In this document: piece after piece, positions 10,844 to 24,701 of the stretch
How positions within the stretch are numbered: position 1 is the stretch's first letter
Layout of the letters: each line of letters opens with the position of its first letter
NCBI GenBank assembly: GCA_029953675.1
Contig: JAMWBK010000005.1
Coordinates: 496,001 to 560,000, forward strand
DNA length: 64,000 nt
Reading direction: 5' to 3'
DNA from: Rhodosorus marinus CCMP1338
Lineage: Eukaryota; Plantae; Rhodophyta
Made by a program: the position numbers and the translations under genes
The notes under the pieces: generated by a model
What the model was told of the DNA's origin: nothing
Seen by the model: the letters and a program-made list of their open reading frames with translations, nothing else
Databases searched by the model: none

Positions 10844-13800
10844 TCATGTATCCATGAGATTGGGATATAAATGTTGGAATCGATGGACATCTGTTCTATC
10901 CGCAGCTGCATGTCTCCTCAATCTCAGTTCTTCTAAAGCCGAATCGACATATTCCGGCTGCTCCAATCCGAGGCGACCGTGAACACCATAAACAGCAAAG
11001 AGCTCCAGGTCGGTCGCTCTCTGCTGTTTGACCAGGGACGAAAGCATCCTGTCCTGTCCGTAGACGGATTCAGGCCCCCCGCCCAAGTCATCAGCCATTT
11101 TGTACGCGGCGGAGGCACTTCGAAGCTTCTCCGGGTCTCCGTGAGCCTGGTCCTCGCGTACCATTCCAAGAAGCATCCATCCGTGGAAACTGCAAAGAGA
11201 GGAACATTGCCTTCAGAGATGGGCAGCGCTGGGGAGGCGCATGTCAACTGAATGAGAAGACGCACCTAGAAGAGTTGGTTTTGATAGCTTCTGCGGCGCA
11301 TGCGTAGCAGTGCGTCGAGTCTCTGCCACTAAAGGCCAGGGCTGATCCTAGCAACTGCAAACTTTCAGCGGTTGGCTGCATCTCAACAGCTGTTGACAAG
11401 CAGTGAAGTGCAAGACCCTGAGAGCGCGGTCCAGCCAAAGCATAGACCGTGCCGAGAGCCAGCCACAAGTCAAAGCGGCTTGGCCAGATGTTTAGCATCC
11501 ATTTTACGAGTCGCTCGGCAGCATCCGTCATACCAATCACTCCCATGCAAAGGCTCATATCCCGAAAATTCTTGGACTCCCATGGAGACAGTCTCGCCGC
11601 ACGGCTGTATTGCTTAAGAGCCCGCGCTGTATGCGCCTTGATGTCAGCTCTTTCAGGCAGACCAGAGAGGTTCGCAATTTTCCTAGCGCAATCCCCAGCC
11701 CTGCCGATTAGCATTGCCGATGGCAAATTCTTCGCGGCGAGAAGAAATTCTTGCTCTGCGCTCTCCCAGAGGCTGGCAGCGCTCAACCAGCGCCCTTCGA
11801 GCCAGTCTTCCTTTGCCATCTCATAGAGAGCCTGCGCCCTTCCCGTGAGTAGGGCTACAGGGACCACCTTCATAGACTCCTTAGACACCTGAATTGCTTT
11901 GTCAAAGGTAGATAGCGACTGACGAAACTCTCCTTGCAACGTCAGCCCCAACCCAAGCTCCATCGCAATTTGGATTTGCTCCGAGGTACTGTCCCCCTTG
12001 GTTTTGAGTGCATGCCTAGCAGCCGCAGTCGAGCTGACCAGCTTTCCTGTCTTCCGATATGCTTTCGCCAAGAGTAACCAACACGTCCTCTATTGACCAT
12101 GTAAAATTGGATCAGAGCAGCAGGACGCTTATTAGGAAACCCAGTGCTGCAGAAGAATCACGAGTACGAACGCGAACTGCGATACCTCAAAACGCATGTC
12201 CTCTCCTGGGTCTGGGAGAAGATCCTCAACTCCGTAGTACCGTGTTCGGTTGCTTTTGATATCAGAAGTTTCAAAGGACCTGCAAGCCAGTTGCAGGTAT
12301 TTGACACTCGCGGTGAAGGCATCTACCAGCAATCAGAGCAAGACGAGACCGAGAGCGTTTCGAATGCGACGTTCAGTAGAAGATTCCAACTCCCCGAGGA
12401 GGCGTTTGGTTACAAGGCAAACCTTCCTCGGTGAGCAACTTTCCAGCGGCGATCAAAGCCCATCTCGACTTCGCGTCTACCTCAGCGGCTCTCGTTACGA
12501 TATCTCTCGCAGCGGCTTTCTCTCCGGCCGAAAGCAGCATTTCTGTCAGGCGACGTCCGGCTAGCTCCTCTGCTGGATTCGCAGCCAGAGCTCTTTCGTA
12601 ACACTTTCTCACGCGCAGCTGCATGGATGGGCTCTGTGCACCTTGCTTCTCGAAAAAAGCCCCAAGCAACGTGAAGGAAATCGCGCTCTTCGGGGAAAGG
12701 CTTGCCGCCTTTACCAGCAGATCTTTGGCTGCTTCGTCCCCGCCAGCCAGCTTCCCTTGCGCAGCGAAAACAAAGCAGTTCGCTTGTACTGTGTTCCAGT
12801 CTCCTGCGATCGACTTGCAGAAAAAGTGCAGCTCGCGCGGCTTCCTTTCCGAAAGCGATCTACATAGTTGACGGAAACCAACTTGACGGGGTGAGTACGA
12901 ATTCAACTCTACTACGAAAGATTCCCTCTTTTCGAGCTGTTACCTTTTGCGACGATCCGCTTCGTCTGCTGCGTGCAGTAGAAGCTTAATGGCTTCCTCC
13001 CTCTCCACCACTAGGTTCTCCAAGGCTGTATGCAGCACAATTTCAGGATTGTCGGGATCGATTCCTTGCAGTTTCTGTAACGAGACCGCAGGATCACGTC
13101 CATCAGCTTCATCCACTTGTACAAGGCCCCTAGCCGATTGGACTGGAAAGTGTTCCATAGATTCTCCAAACAGATCGATTGCTGTCTTGAAGTTTCGGTC
13201 TCTCACGGCAATGAATCCAAGGACAACGTTGATGGCTGCCCTCATCCGCGTCATAGCCCTTCCTGCTTCCACCTGGATGCAAAACTTTCAAGCGTCAGTG
13301 GGGCAACGAACCAGAATCCCAAATTGGTTCCAAGTCATGCGCTAGGACTCACAATCTTGTCGAGCATTCCTAGACCATGGACGCATAGCTTCTGCGCCAG
13401 CCGCAGCCTCCCTTCTTCGAAAAGCGAATTCGCGACCAGAAGGACTTCGCTGACTGACGCGATTGTGTTCTTTGTCCGTCCGGATGCTTGCAGCTCAATT
13501 TGTGCCCGGGTCACGTTCCGCAGTCTCGACCAATCGCCAAGCCCATCCGCACCGTCCGTATTCTTCACTGAAAGGGACAAGAGAGATGCCGCCACGCTGT
13601 TGATTCCTCGTCTTATATGTGAGATCTTTGATGCAAGGATTCTGTACTGTCCTAGGTTCAGCACGTCTCCATCGTCTTCTTCGCTCAGTTCGAGAATCAA
13701 TTCGACGTTGTCGGTTGATCCTATGGGGTTTTGACCTCTTAGTCAGGATCGTTACGCCCGTGCACTCAACACGTCGAGGTGTTACTTCTGAAAGGGAACC

Positions 13801-14731
13801 TACCTGGCGCTAGCCGGTGAAGCTGACCGAGTGTGTCCACCGTGTTCGAAGCAACCACCTTATTCCTACGTAATAGATCCTTGAGCTGGATGCAGATGAG
13901 GTTGGCAATTTCTAAGGGAACCAGCTTCCCCAGCGCGAGCAAGGATTGTACGGCGTGCAGATACAATGTGGCCTGTGAACTGAAAGTCGTTACGATGAAA
14001 GTAGACATGCCAAGACGGAACGATTCTCAGATCGGAGGCTTGTGTGATTCTAATTTTCATCATGAAAACAAACCCTTCTTCATCCTCGGTGAACTTTCCA
14101 AAGACGCGTACAGCTTCACACCGTGCGCGAAGGGCAGCGTCATCATCAGAAAGAGTGTCTGCATACTCAGTCCAAGCTCTCACAGCGTCCGGGATTCTTT
14201 TCTGATCGAGACCTGTTCAAGGAGCAGTACCCCTGAGACAGTGAAACGAGCATTGCGTCTAGCAGTTTCGCGCTACGTACCAGCAAGCTTGGTCGATATT
14301 TCAGCTTTTCTCAATCCTTTTCCGGGCTTCTTATCTCCAACGATGCTCAGTGCCTTCAGAAGCCTGTCTAGTTGCGAGACATCTGGATCATCGATTTCTG
14401 ATAAAGTGTCTATCAAGCCTGTCCACGCGGCCGGAAGTTTCTCGTTCACGGAAACAGCTCGATCATAAGCCTATTCAATTGCATTTGGAATCAGCGCTTA
14501 AAGGCGCTAGACATGTTTTGAATAGGACTAGTAGGAGCGCGGTCCATTTCATACCTGTATAGAACGCTCGAGGTCTCCTTTTCGCTTCGCCGCTATTCCA
14601 ACCAGGACAAACGCCATATAGTTCCGCTTGTCTTGTTTTAGAACATCTTTACATAACGACAGAGCTCGATCTAGGTCGCCAGACTCAAGTGCAGCTTTCG
14701 CTGACTTGATCAGCTCCGAAGTACTAGGCAT
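10844..14731 (-). CDS. SKI3: SKI3/TTC37 superkiller-complex TPR protein, multi-exon
   Basis: The N-terminus IKSAKAALESGDLDRALSLCKDVLKQDKRNYMAFVLVG matches the TTC37 pattern. Many TPR-like exons follow, e.g. AAEVDAKSRWA, KCYERALAANPAEELAG and HLYPN near the end. The splice at about 11270-11190 is in frame. Confidence 0.82.
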
Positions 14732-15331
14732 CTCGATACATTCAAGCTGTTGACCATGAAAGCATAATGCTATCCCATCATGACAACCGTGCGGACCAGA
14801 CGCCCTGACCACCGCGGAAATGCTGATCTCTATTGATCCTGGTCGCCATCAACAAGGGAGGAGGAGATAACAGATGAGGTGTACATTGTGCGTCAACTCA
14901 GCGCCTTACTTTTCTCTTCTAGGAGTAGCTCTGCTATTGAAAGCAATGCTCAAGAGGAGCAGTCGGAACAAACACCACGAAAGAAATCACGCCGTACGAA
15001 TTGAACATTTTTCTGTACGAAGCTTTATGGAATAAAATATATAATATTAATACTTTTTTATAAACATATCTATTAGTGGAGTAAAAAACAACCTATGGAA
15101 AAATAGTTATTTAGAATTATTTTCGAACATATATCTTATTATTATAAATAATAGAGTTGTTGATATCTAAAAATGCATATTCCCTTGCGATATTGTACGT
15201 CAAGTTCCGGAGATGTGTTTGGTTCTATTGAGATATGCCAAGTGCAGGCTTCGGGAGCTACTGGAAAGCTGATTCGTTCGAGGCGGTTTGGCGATTACTA
15301 ACGATCACCTAAGATGGATAATGGACTGGAT

Positions 15332-15884
15332 TCACTTTGAATGAACTAGAAGATCGGTGACGCCGCAACAGAACATCAAGGCCGGCCCAAGGATGTGGAA
15401 TGATTCGAGAGAGCCCGTTCGTTCCTTTTGGTTCGCGTTCTCAGTTCCCTTGCTTGGTCCGGCTTTCGTCATCAACGCGCGAAGAGAAACGGAAAACAGC
15501 AGAATCGATGTGGGGAGATCGGGAAAGCCAGTCCCGCATAGCACAACATGAGCGCACACCCCGCCTAACCTCCCCGAGCTCTGTCGATTTGCGAGACCTT
15601 CACATCTACTGAGGCATAATGACTCATAGTCCTACAAAGAAATGTCTGAAAAAGGACCTCCAGCGCTTTAAAAACGATACGAGGCCTCATCATGCGTGGC
15701 CGCGAGAAGACGACTTCTCGTGTTGGACTTCCAACCTTCCTTTCTCGTAATTCTTCAAATCCAAGCCACTGTTGAAGCAGACCTGAATGCATAAACGGGG
15801 AAAAGAGCGGAGGAACGACGATACGAAGTCATCTCCGTCCACTCCGCTACTTATACCAACGTACACCGGTGGGGCTTCCGACAT
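15332..15884 (-). CDS. Hypothetical small 3-exon protein (about 125 aa)
   Basis: ATG at 15884. Two phase-compatible GT-AG introns with pyrimidine-rich acceptors join ORF pieces 15690-15884, 15565-15792 and 15332-15559. No recognisable domain. Confidence 0.4.
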
Positions 15885-16488
15885 ACTCCATATCTAATCG
15901 ATGAATGTTGGCCAAGACAGCGCGGATCAAGAAGCCAGTGGAGATCGACTGTCAACATTTTCCACAAAAAAATATCGGAAGAAGCGGTGGGTATTCCTAG
16001 TACCCGTCGTCATTCCAAAAGCTATTGACCATAAGCAAGGCAAAAGCCTACCCCCTTCCAAAGCCTTCGAAACAATATTGTCGAAGGGACAGCTGTAATA
16101 CAATGAATTCAAAAGCTGACAGTTTATTTAGCCGTTATATTTGAAAGTTTATCCTTTTTTCATCAAAAATGGGGGACTGTTGCTTTAGGGTTTTCCCGGT
16201 TGAGGTGTGTTCGGCAGAACAGGTGAAGGGGGGCTTGGGTTGCCGTGCTGTTGAAAGTGGTCTGGCCGTACAGAGCTGAGAGGGTCTTGAGTTGCTTGCT
16301 AGTGGTCTTGGGGGGGAAAGGAAATGCTGGACGATGAGGGAAGAGTAGTGGGTATGACAATGTGTGCAGATGAGGGGACTGCTGCAGAGTAGGTTCGGTT
16401 AGGGCAGGGGTGGGGTTCAGTGGGGGTTGAAAGTTTTTGCTTGTTGTCTGAATTTTTTGGGGATCGTCGGTGAAGAACTCTAAGTCCG

Positions 16489-19400
16489 ATGGGGTTCTTT
16501 GGGCTCGGCGGAAAGTCGTCTAGAAAAGAGCGGGCAGCTGCTAAAGCTGAGGCTGCCAAGGCTGCACTGGGGTCGGCAGGAAAGCAGTATCAGGCGAGCA
16601 AACCCCAGGGAAAGGAAAATAAGCCCACCAAAGGGGTAAACAAGTCCAAGGATGAGAAAGGACGGCCGAAGGGATCGGAGAAGAAAAGCTCTTCGAAAGA
16701 GGCAATATCGAAGAAAGCCGAAGGCCAGCTCCTGACCAAGAAAAATGAGGCGATGGAGCTCAGACATAGTATTGTATCGGACAGGTTTGCTCGTGTTGGA
16801 CATGAATGAACATGCAATGAACTCTTTTTGCAAGGCAACTGAAGCAGATGTTCTTCACGTACGCTTTATTTGCAGGAGGAAATCTCGAATTAGCACGCCA
16901 GCACCGGCAAACACGAACGCGACGGAGCCATTCTCAAGCGCATCTTGGAAGGCTACCGTCATCGCGAAATATGTAGAGTCGACGGATTGGGTGGGCTTGG
17001 AAAATATGCTCTGGCATGTTTCTACCAGTGTGTTTAGCGACCAAAGCCTTCGTAAGAGCATACTCCAGGAAGGCGTTCCGCAGGAGTGCATAAAGGCAGC
17101 TACGCATCCCAGAGCAAGCCAAGGTGTAGTGCAGAAGGCAGTGTACTTAGTAAGTCAAGTATCATTCCTCGATGAGGCTGAAACTCCGTTGGTGCTGGTA
17201 CGTCAATTCTTCCCGAACCGAAAACCTCTATACTAGTATTGACTCTGAGGTGAGCCCTCAATGCTGTCTTGAGTAGGAGGGAGTGATTCCTATGCTCCGG
17301 TCGATCCTGGGATTGTCAACTGATTCGCATACGATCAGCAGCGCAGTCCAATCGCTGAGAAACCTTATGGGTGGCAGCGAGAAAACGTCCTTTCAAGTTG
17401 GCAAAGAACAGTGTGCAATCTACCTTCTTCAAATTTTACAAGGTTGGTCAACAGATTCAGGATTGACACGGTCTGGAAGCAGCCTGAAATCTAATCAAGG
17501 TCTTTGCGAACTAACGGCTACAGGAAGCCACAGGGTGGTATTCGACTCAATAGATGTGGAGGTCTCTACAAAACGTGAGTCGGCAGCAGCAATAGCCAAT
17601 CTTACACATTTCGGTCCCAAGTATCAGAATCAATTGATTCGCGCCAAAGGAGTTGATATCTTCATGAAAGTCCTTTCGACTACTACCGATGATGAGACCA
17701 AGTATCAGCTTGTACGTTTACGCGCCAGAGATCCTGAAATTTCTTAGAGTGAGGAACAGTCAATTTTCGTTTTCTGGAAAAAGCTGATGGCACATGGTTT
17801 GAACATTTGCAGACAAAAGCAGTAGCAAATTGCGCGCTGGAGGCTCGCTGGCATGGAATCCTCGTTGCGCACGGAGTGATTCTTGAAGCTCAGCGCATCC
17901 TTCGGTCTTGTAGAGAGCCTGAAACCGTGGCGGAGGCGTCAAGAATACTAGGAAACATTGCTCTCACGTCGGCAGGGAGGGCTCGAATTGTAGATCTTGG
18001 TGGAGTGGAGGAGCTAACTGAGAAACTCGTCAATTCAGTTTCCACAGCCCCAGCCGCTCCGACACCTGACCTTGTGAACACTCTTCACAATATTTGTCTC
18101 AGCGAGCGACCGGCCTTAACAGCATGCCTTCGAGGAGCGGTGCCCGTGCTCTTGGACTTGGCGTTGCTTCCAAAGAACTCTGAAAACAGCTCAGAGCTTG
18201 TACGCGTCACTGCACTCAACACTCTGATCAATATTTCACAGACGGGGCAAATGCAACATGTCGTGAAGGCCTTCAACGATGCAGCTGAGTCTGCGGTAAG
18301 CGTAGCTTTCCACACCCAGCTCCGCTCGCCCGGAGTATACCCTCATTCAAGTATGTGAAACCGTCCCTGTTCATACTGTCAGGATCCGAAGAGAATTGTG
18401 GACATTCTAGGGTTACGACTTCAGCTAGAGAACCTGCTACTGGACAGCAGAAAAAGTCTCGAGGTTCCAAGGAGCTTGGAGCATCTTTCTAAAGCCTCAC
18501 AACACCTCAACTCGCAGTCCCGAGGAAGTAATACATCGAAACGAGCGCAAAACTTTCATCCTTCCGGGCGGATGGTTGCGCTGAAGAAAGGTTTGCACGA
18601 GCCATCCCGCGGAAGCTACTTCAATGCCTCGATTCTTCAGGCCGCTGATTTAGAGCGTCGGTGACTCTAGGTCAAGGAAGTGAAATCGTCCGAGGATCAG
18701 TAACCGTGGGGCCAAAAGACAAGTCGATTGAGCTCAAACAGGATCAGTTCATCCTCGGACAGATCCTCGGACGAGGAGGCTATGGAACTGTTTACCTTGC
18801 TCAAAAGCTTGGCAAGGACGATTCCAGCTACGTTGCGATCAAACAATTTCACACTGCTGACTCACAGCAGAACCTGCTAGCTGCCAAGGAGCAGAAGATC
18901 TGGGAGGGACTAGACCATGAGAATGTGGTCAAGTACGAAGGATGTTTCATTGGAGACGACGGCGACCTTAACCTGGTTTCGGAATACGTAGATGGGTGGA
19001 GCCTAGCTCGTCATCTATCTCGATATTCCGCTTTTCCGGAGGATTTGGTGGTAGAGATTGCTCGACAGGTACAGCAGAGAATTGTGAGAGACGTGACCTG
19101 AGAGGACAATCGCTAAGCCCTTATATAACCCATGTCCGGTTCTTTCTATCCGCTTAGGTTCTTGACGGTCTGGAATACCTCCATAGCAACGGAGTGATTC
19201 ATCGGGATTTGAAGCCCGCAAATGTCTTGGTTTCCCAAGATGGTAAGGTGAAGATTACGGACTTTGGTGTGAGCTCCAGCGCGAACGTTCAAACGCTAGG
19301 TTACGGCAATGCAGTTGTCGGAACACCGTGGTACATAGCGCCCGAAATGGTGAGTGGAACCATCAATCGATTCCGACCTGCCTTTTGGCTAGTACAGCGT

Positions 19401-19702
19401 CTGACGATAAGCAAAACTGTTTCTCTTAGGTGGAGCAGCGTCCGTACACGAATTCGGTCGATATCTGGAGCCTTGGATGTACAATATTAGAGTTGGCGAC
19501 CGGAAAGCGACCATACCACGAGCTAAACGGCGTCCAGGCTCTGTTCCGCATGGTGAAGGACAAGCAACCCACGGTGCCGCCTACGCTTAGCCCAGACCTG
19601 CAGTCCTTCTTGAGAGATTGCTGGGTCCGGGAGCCGCACAGCCGACCCAGTGCTACCGAGCTCAAAAAACATCCGTTTCTTACACCAAAAGAACCTCCGT
19701 GA
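16489..19702 (+). CDS. ARM-repeat protein with a C-terminal STE11/Cdc15-like Ser/Thr kinase domain, multi-exon
   Basis: ARM-like segments include AAAIANLT and [25 protein letters not shown]. Kinase motifs are [35 protein letters not shown] and [19 protein letters not shown]. Phase-1 intron 18591-18670 links the ARM part to the kinase. Confidence 0.85.
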
Positions 19703-20026
19703 GGGCATCACCTCGCAGCTAACTATCATCCTCGCTAGGCTCGACGGCTGGCCTCCGATGATCTAAAGTATTCCACTGTATTGCTGCCGGCAAGCTTCGA
19801 GCTGGTTCCGCATCCACGCGATTGTGATTATTAAACTTGAAATAGTATATAGATTTTTTTCGTACGTCCTCTGTCTCCACTCTGACCAATAAGACTCTAT
19901 GTGCAGAAGGAATCGACTCCAAATGTCTCACGGACCTTCTCTGGCTAATTCGAAGGGAGCGAAGCTCGGTGATATTACGGCTCATTCGTCAAACGTTCAC
20001 TCCTTATCAGCAACGATTCTTTCCCC

Positions 20027-21198
20027 TCATCCGAGCACACGGCGACGCTTGGCGGTGTTCATATAAGGTCTCAAGACCCATTCGTCATCAGCCTCTGGTT
20101 GTTCTAGAGTTCCTAGCTTCACCTGGTACAGCTGCATCTCGAATCTTGGACCGATTTCGACTAACTTCACGTCTTCGGCCTTGTGATTCGGTTCGAAAAT
20201 GTGGTGTCTGCCAGCCAGTGAGGTTCCAGACTAAGCTAAGTACTTTTGTTCACATGGAGACGGGTTCGCGGCGCTTTGGGTTTCCTACCTGAAGGAGATG
20301 AAGTCATTCCGATTTGAGAACGTCATGACCCTCTTCGAACTTGGTTTGGGTACTGGAAACAGATACTTAAGGATATTAGAGGTGCGTCGTCCAATTTTCG
20401 AGTTGAAATTGTCCATAATAAGGTGTGGGTTTGTCTCTGAGACGGTCCCAATGTCCTCTCCCGATGCCTTCAGGTCATGCCTCATGACGACATTGCTCAG
20501 AGCTATTTTGTAGGTTCACAGATGTTCAAGAGAATGATGAGGAGGGTGGAATCAGACCTGGGAAGTCTTGCACGGATAGTTCTCTGGACAAGAGAAGCAC
20601 CTGTTTCGTTCTACTTACTGAAGAATGCTGTTGGACCAAAAGGCAGGTGACATACGATCAAGCCATCGGGTTCCCCGCGGTGCTCATGAATAACAACGAT
20701 ATCCGTAACTTCGTTCTGCCTGCAAACGTCCATCAAATCTCCGATAACGAGGTTTCCACGGTTGAGCCGGGTGGCCCCAGGAAAAACGAGCCTTACTTCC
20801 TTCGCAAACTGCTTTAGGCGGCTGCTGGGATCCCTCGAAGTAGTGACCACAACCTAAGTGTTCAAGTTCACAACCGAAAAATTTAGTTAACCGAGGGACG
20901 ATGCATTCCGCTCGCGGGTTTGGATTTTTATTTTATTTTCACCCACCTTCGGGTCAACCGCTCCGGCTCGCGCGTACTCGTCGTCTTCGTGGGTATTCGG
21001 CTTGTCGTGAACCAAATCCGCGAACTCATCTTTCTCTCTAAGAGAGCTCTCATCATGGAGCCTCTCTGTTGGCAAAGCCTTGCCCTCCCTCAGCGCCTCC
21101 CTTACTTGTCGGCGATGTTCATACTCCTCCCTCTGCTTACCCTCCAATGATTTCCTGTACAGATACTCCCGCCTTTCGCGGGCTTGCCTTCTCAACAT
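20027..21198 (-). CDS. IMP4: U3 snoRNP Brix-domain protein IMP4, multi-exon
   Basis: [64 protein letters not shown] and [17 protein letters not shown]. Confidence 0.95.
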
Positions 21199-22019
21199 AC
21201 CTTCTAATCAGAACACTTAGTTCTTACATTATCAGACGTTTCATAAATACGACAATCAGCGCCTCAGTCAGCCCCCGTAATCGTTTCCATAACAAAGCCA
21301 GATTCGAGTCCACTTACCATTCCCAATTCCCATTCAGTAGATTGTTTTTTCTTGACCGCCGTCGGTGACCACAATCTTTCCATCGAAATCAAAAACCCTA
21401 TAAACCAAAACAAATTCAGGTTCCATTTATTTATTCGCATATTTCATTATATAGAAAATTGTATAGATGAATTTTATAGATATATTTTTTAATCTCGTAC
21501 TGTAATTGGTTTATAATACGGTGATAATGATAAAACGAGCAAATCAATCTTTTTGTTTGTGAAATTAGATATAATTGTATTTGCTTAGGTGAATTTTTGG
21601 AATAGGGGTTGCTTTGAATATTATGATTGGTCTATGGTTTTGGATTGGGGATGATAATTCGATGATCTCAGTGACTTCTATTGGACAAAAACCTTTCATT
21701 TGATACATATATTTAAATCATCAGAAAGCTTTCGCCGCTAAGATATGGTGACATTCGACCGCGGTCTGCGACCGGCACATTCAGTCAGCGTAAAACCTGA
21801 TGTCCCACGTGGAGAATTCCTTCTCTAAAAATCTGCCGTGTTGTTGCACTCAGTCTTCGCCACCACCACCAGCTCTCCACCAACGATTAGTCTTGTGATT
21901 CATTTCGTTGCCCGTGTGTCTCGTTCAGTTGACTACTATTTTGGGTGGAGCTTTGATAGCGGTGTTCAGCCTTTCCTCGATGAAGAGTTCTCCAAACTAT
22001 TTTCCATTAGACGATCGGC

Positions 22020-22410
22020 TGGTTTTCGTGCACACGCTGGACGCGAGTAGCGAGCTTGGATTTGACTATAAACCTTTTTCAGCAGATATCCCACGTTTCT
22101 CCTCTTCCAGTGTCATCCTGTCGCTGGTGAACTTTCCCATGTCCCGACGGCGAGAATGTCCTAGTGCAATATCTGTAGTAGTGGGCCCCTTTCCCCTCAA
22201 GCAGGCTGAGTTCATTTTACCACACTGCTTGCATTTATGGCTTGGGATCTTATCGTTTTCGTGAACATATTTTACGTGTCTAGCGAGCTTGGACTTCAAC
22301 ACACACACCGTGTCACAGATAAAACACATTTCTCCATCACCGAAATGCTCCTGTCGCTCGTAACCAGTCCTCTGTCCAGGTTGGGAATACTTCCTTGCGG
22401 CAATATAAGC
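22020..22410 (-). pseudogene. Decayed C2H2 zinc-finger array
   Basis: One intact finger reads CFICDTVCVLKSKLARHVKYVH, followed by HKCKQCGK. A paralogous finger, WDIC*KRFIVKSKLATRVQRVHEN, has an in-frame TGA at 22079-22081 and has lost its His. Frameshifts lie between fingers. Confidence 0.6.
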
Positions 22411-23419
22411 CCTGCTCCCGGAATGTGGGTATTGTGAGTGCCCAAAGCGGACATTTCACATGAGCCACAAGCGGACTCGTTAACCACGTCAGCTGTTGTG
22501 AGTATATCAATCCCACGGACTGAGGCCTCTTGTCTCGCCGTGAGGAACCATATTCAGCGGTCAGAACCTTCCTCAAGCTTAGATTAACTCTGCAATGTTC
22601 TATTTCGTGTGCTCACTCGCGGATAAGCTTCTGCAGTGGCGGGGAACGTTGTCATGATCAAAAGATAGCAAACTACACTCGACAAACGAATTGACCATTC
22701 ACAGCGCTTCCGCATACCAGCACATCCAGCCGCCCTCTCATCCTTTCCATCACGACAATGTGGCTGCCCCAAAATGCAATGCTTAGCTACCTGCAAATCG
22801 CCCACTTTCAATGACTGGAAACCGACATAACTGTGCTCTCCACATGATCACTTCGACCCCATCAATGACAATGCTAGTCCTGCTGAGAGGCTATCGACGC
22901 CCGATGGCCATCTGGACTGAACTTAATGAAATACAGAGAGGTACGGTGAGCCAGTAGAGACGGGAAGCAGAGTCAATGCCAAAATTTCTGACCTAGGTAA
23001 AGTCATTTGACAAACGCTAAAAATGCAAATGGCCATCAGCTCAGCTTCTTAGGAGCTTACGTATTTCGCACATCCTTGTTGACACCACAGTGGAGGACGC
23101 GGACTAGCGAAAGGTTGTTCTCTGATTTTTTAAAAGAGCTTGAGGGAGATTCTCATTTTGAGGCAAATAGACCCGGAAGAGAATGATATCAATATTTTTG
23201 CTAATGGGCTCGCTTTTATAAGGGCAATATTTTCACTTACAGTAACCTAAAGGAGCACGCGGAGGGTAGCCATCGTAGGAGCATTTGGTAGCCTGAGTAT
23301 TCAATTGGATCGCCCGATGGCTTGTCCTTCGAATCACTATGTTCAGTTGGAAACTCTGCCACGCCTATGGAAGTTCCGGTTAAGACAATGGCACCTCATC
23401 GTATCATGTACCTTCTCGC

Positions 23420-24701
23420 CTATCGGGGCACTGCAGCTATGGGGCTTATGCCGAGGTTGTGCGATCCGCCACAAGCGATGGTGGTGAAAGTTCTCCTCGT
23501 GTCAGGGTGCATCATTTCCGGTGTTTCCCTATTTCCATGATGACCGAGTTGTCCATGCTCATTCCAGCCGAAAACGAGCGACCTCCCACCTTCTAGAAGG
23601 GCCGCTGTATGCTCCGATCCACAGCAAACAGAATCAACACCGGTCAATTCGCGACCCCCCCCAAGCTGACCATTTGCATCCTTTCCCCAGGAAACCAGTT
23701 CCGACGATTCTGCACGACCGAAAACATAATCTTGTCAAACGCTATGGTGCTGGTCAGGCGGTACGCGAGAATCAGGTTGCCAAAAGAACCGTACCTGTAA
23801 CCGCCGCAAGATGATACCATCCGCTTGAAATTTGCCGGATTCTTCGATGTGTTTGGACAGAACCGGGAGGGTTAAACTTTTGAGAATCGGTTTCTCTCCC
23901 AAGTTCTCCGAGTTTGTTGTTCCCGAAAGTCCAAATACGTCCTTGCTCGTCAAGCACAGCGCTGAACCTAAGCCCCGCGGTGGCCGCTATAGCTCGACAT
24001 GGCAAAGGAACTTGCAGTGGAAACGAAATTTCGCCATTCGCTCCACATTGACCAAACGCGTTGTCCCTGTAACTCAAATGATTAATGCATGTGTGGATAG
24101 TGCGCTACTCTCTCTTTCTGATGGTCCATATGCGTACCCCCAAGCGAAAACTTCTCCGTTCACTGACACGGCGAGAGAATGGCGAACCCCGGCTGCGATA
24201 TCCTTGCACGGAGGTAGATGGCTACGTAGAACTGTCTCTTGAAGAACTTGACTGTGAGATTCTGCTCCGAACGCAATAACCTAAAGCCAAAGAGCAGTCA
24301 ATCCTGAGATTACGTGACGGGCCTGCCTACAGGACTCAATCAATCGCAGGGATTTATGCAAAGATTGAACTGCATGGAAGCACCTCTCCGTTTGCAAGCG
24401 CCAAAGTGTGGTTGAACCCAGCCGCGATCTTCGAAGCTCCCTTCAGTCTATCCGCTAGATGAGGTTCTGATATCAGTTTGGGAGCGCTTTCATCCAAACC
24501 GAGTTGCGCATGGCTGTTGTTTCCCCATGCATAAACTCCATCAGAACAAAAAGCAAAGCTATGACCACCACCGACGGCCACCTTTTCAACTCCCTCCAAA
24601 TCCAAAGCCACTGGCACGAGCTCATCTACGTCTACTTTACCAGCTCCTAATCCAAGCTGCCCATACTGGTTCGAGCCCCAGCATAAGATTTCATACGGCA
24701 T
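23420..24701 (-). CDS. RCC1-repeat protein, multi-exon
   Basis: Repeated WGSNQYGQLG, WGNNSHAQLG, FGNNKLGELG and FGWNEHGQLG motifs, with AVGGGHS, AAGFNHTL, SSGWYHL and CCGSEHT motifs. Confidence 0.88.

Noticed and set aside
21393-21402. Telo-box-like AAACCCTA upstream of IMP4 (also at about 25172)
   Set aside because: It is a short word in AT/C-rich sequence, and two hits are not enough to claim regulation.
22960-23200. Spliced reading NAKISDLG resembling kinase subdomain VII
   Set aside because: No HRD, VAIK or APE motifs are nearby, so it is probably a chance match.
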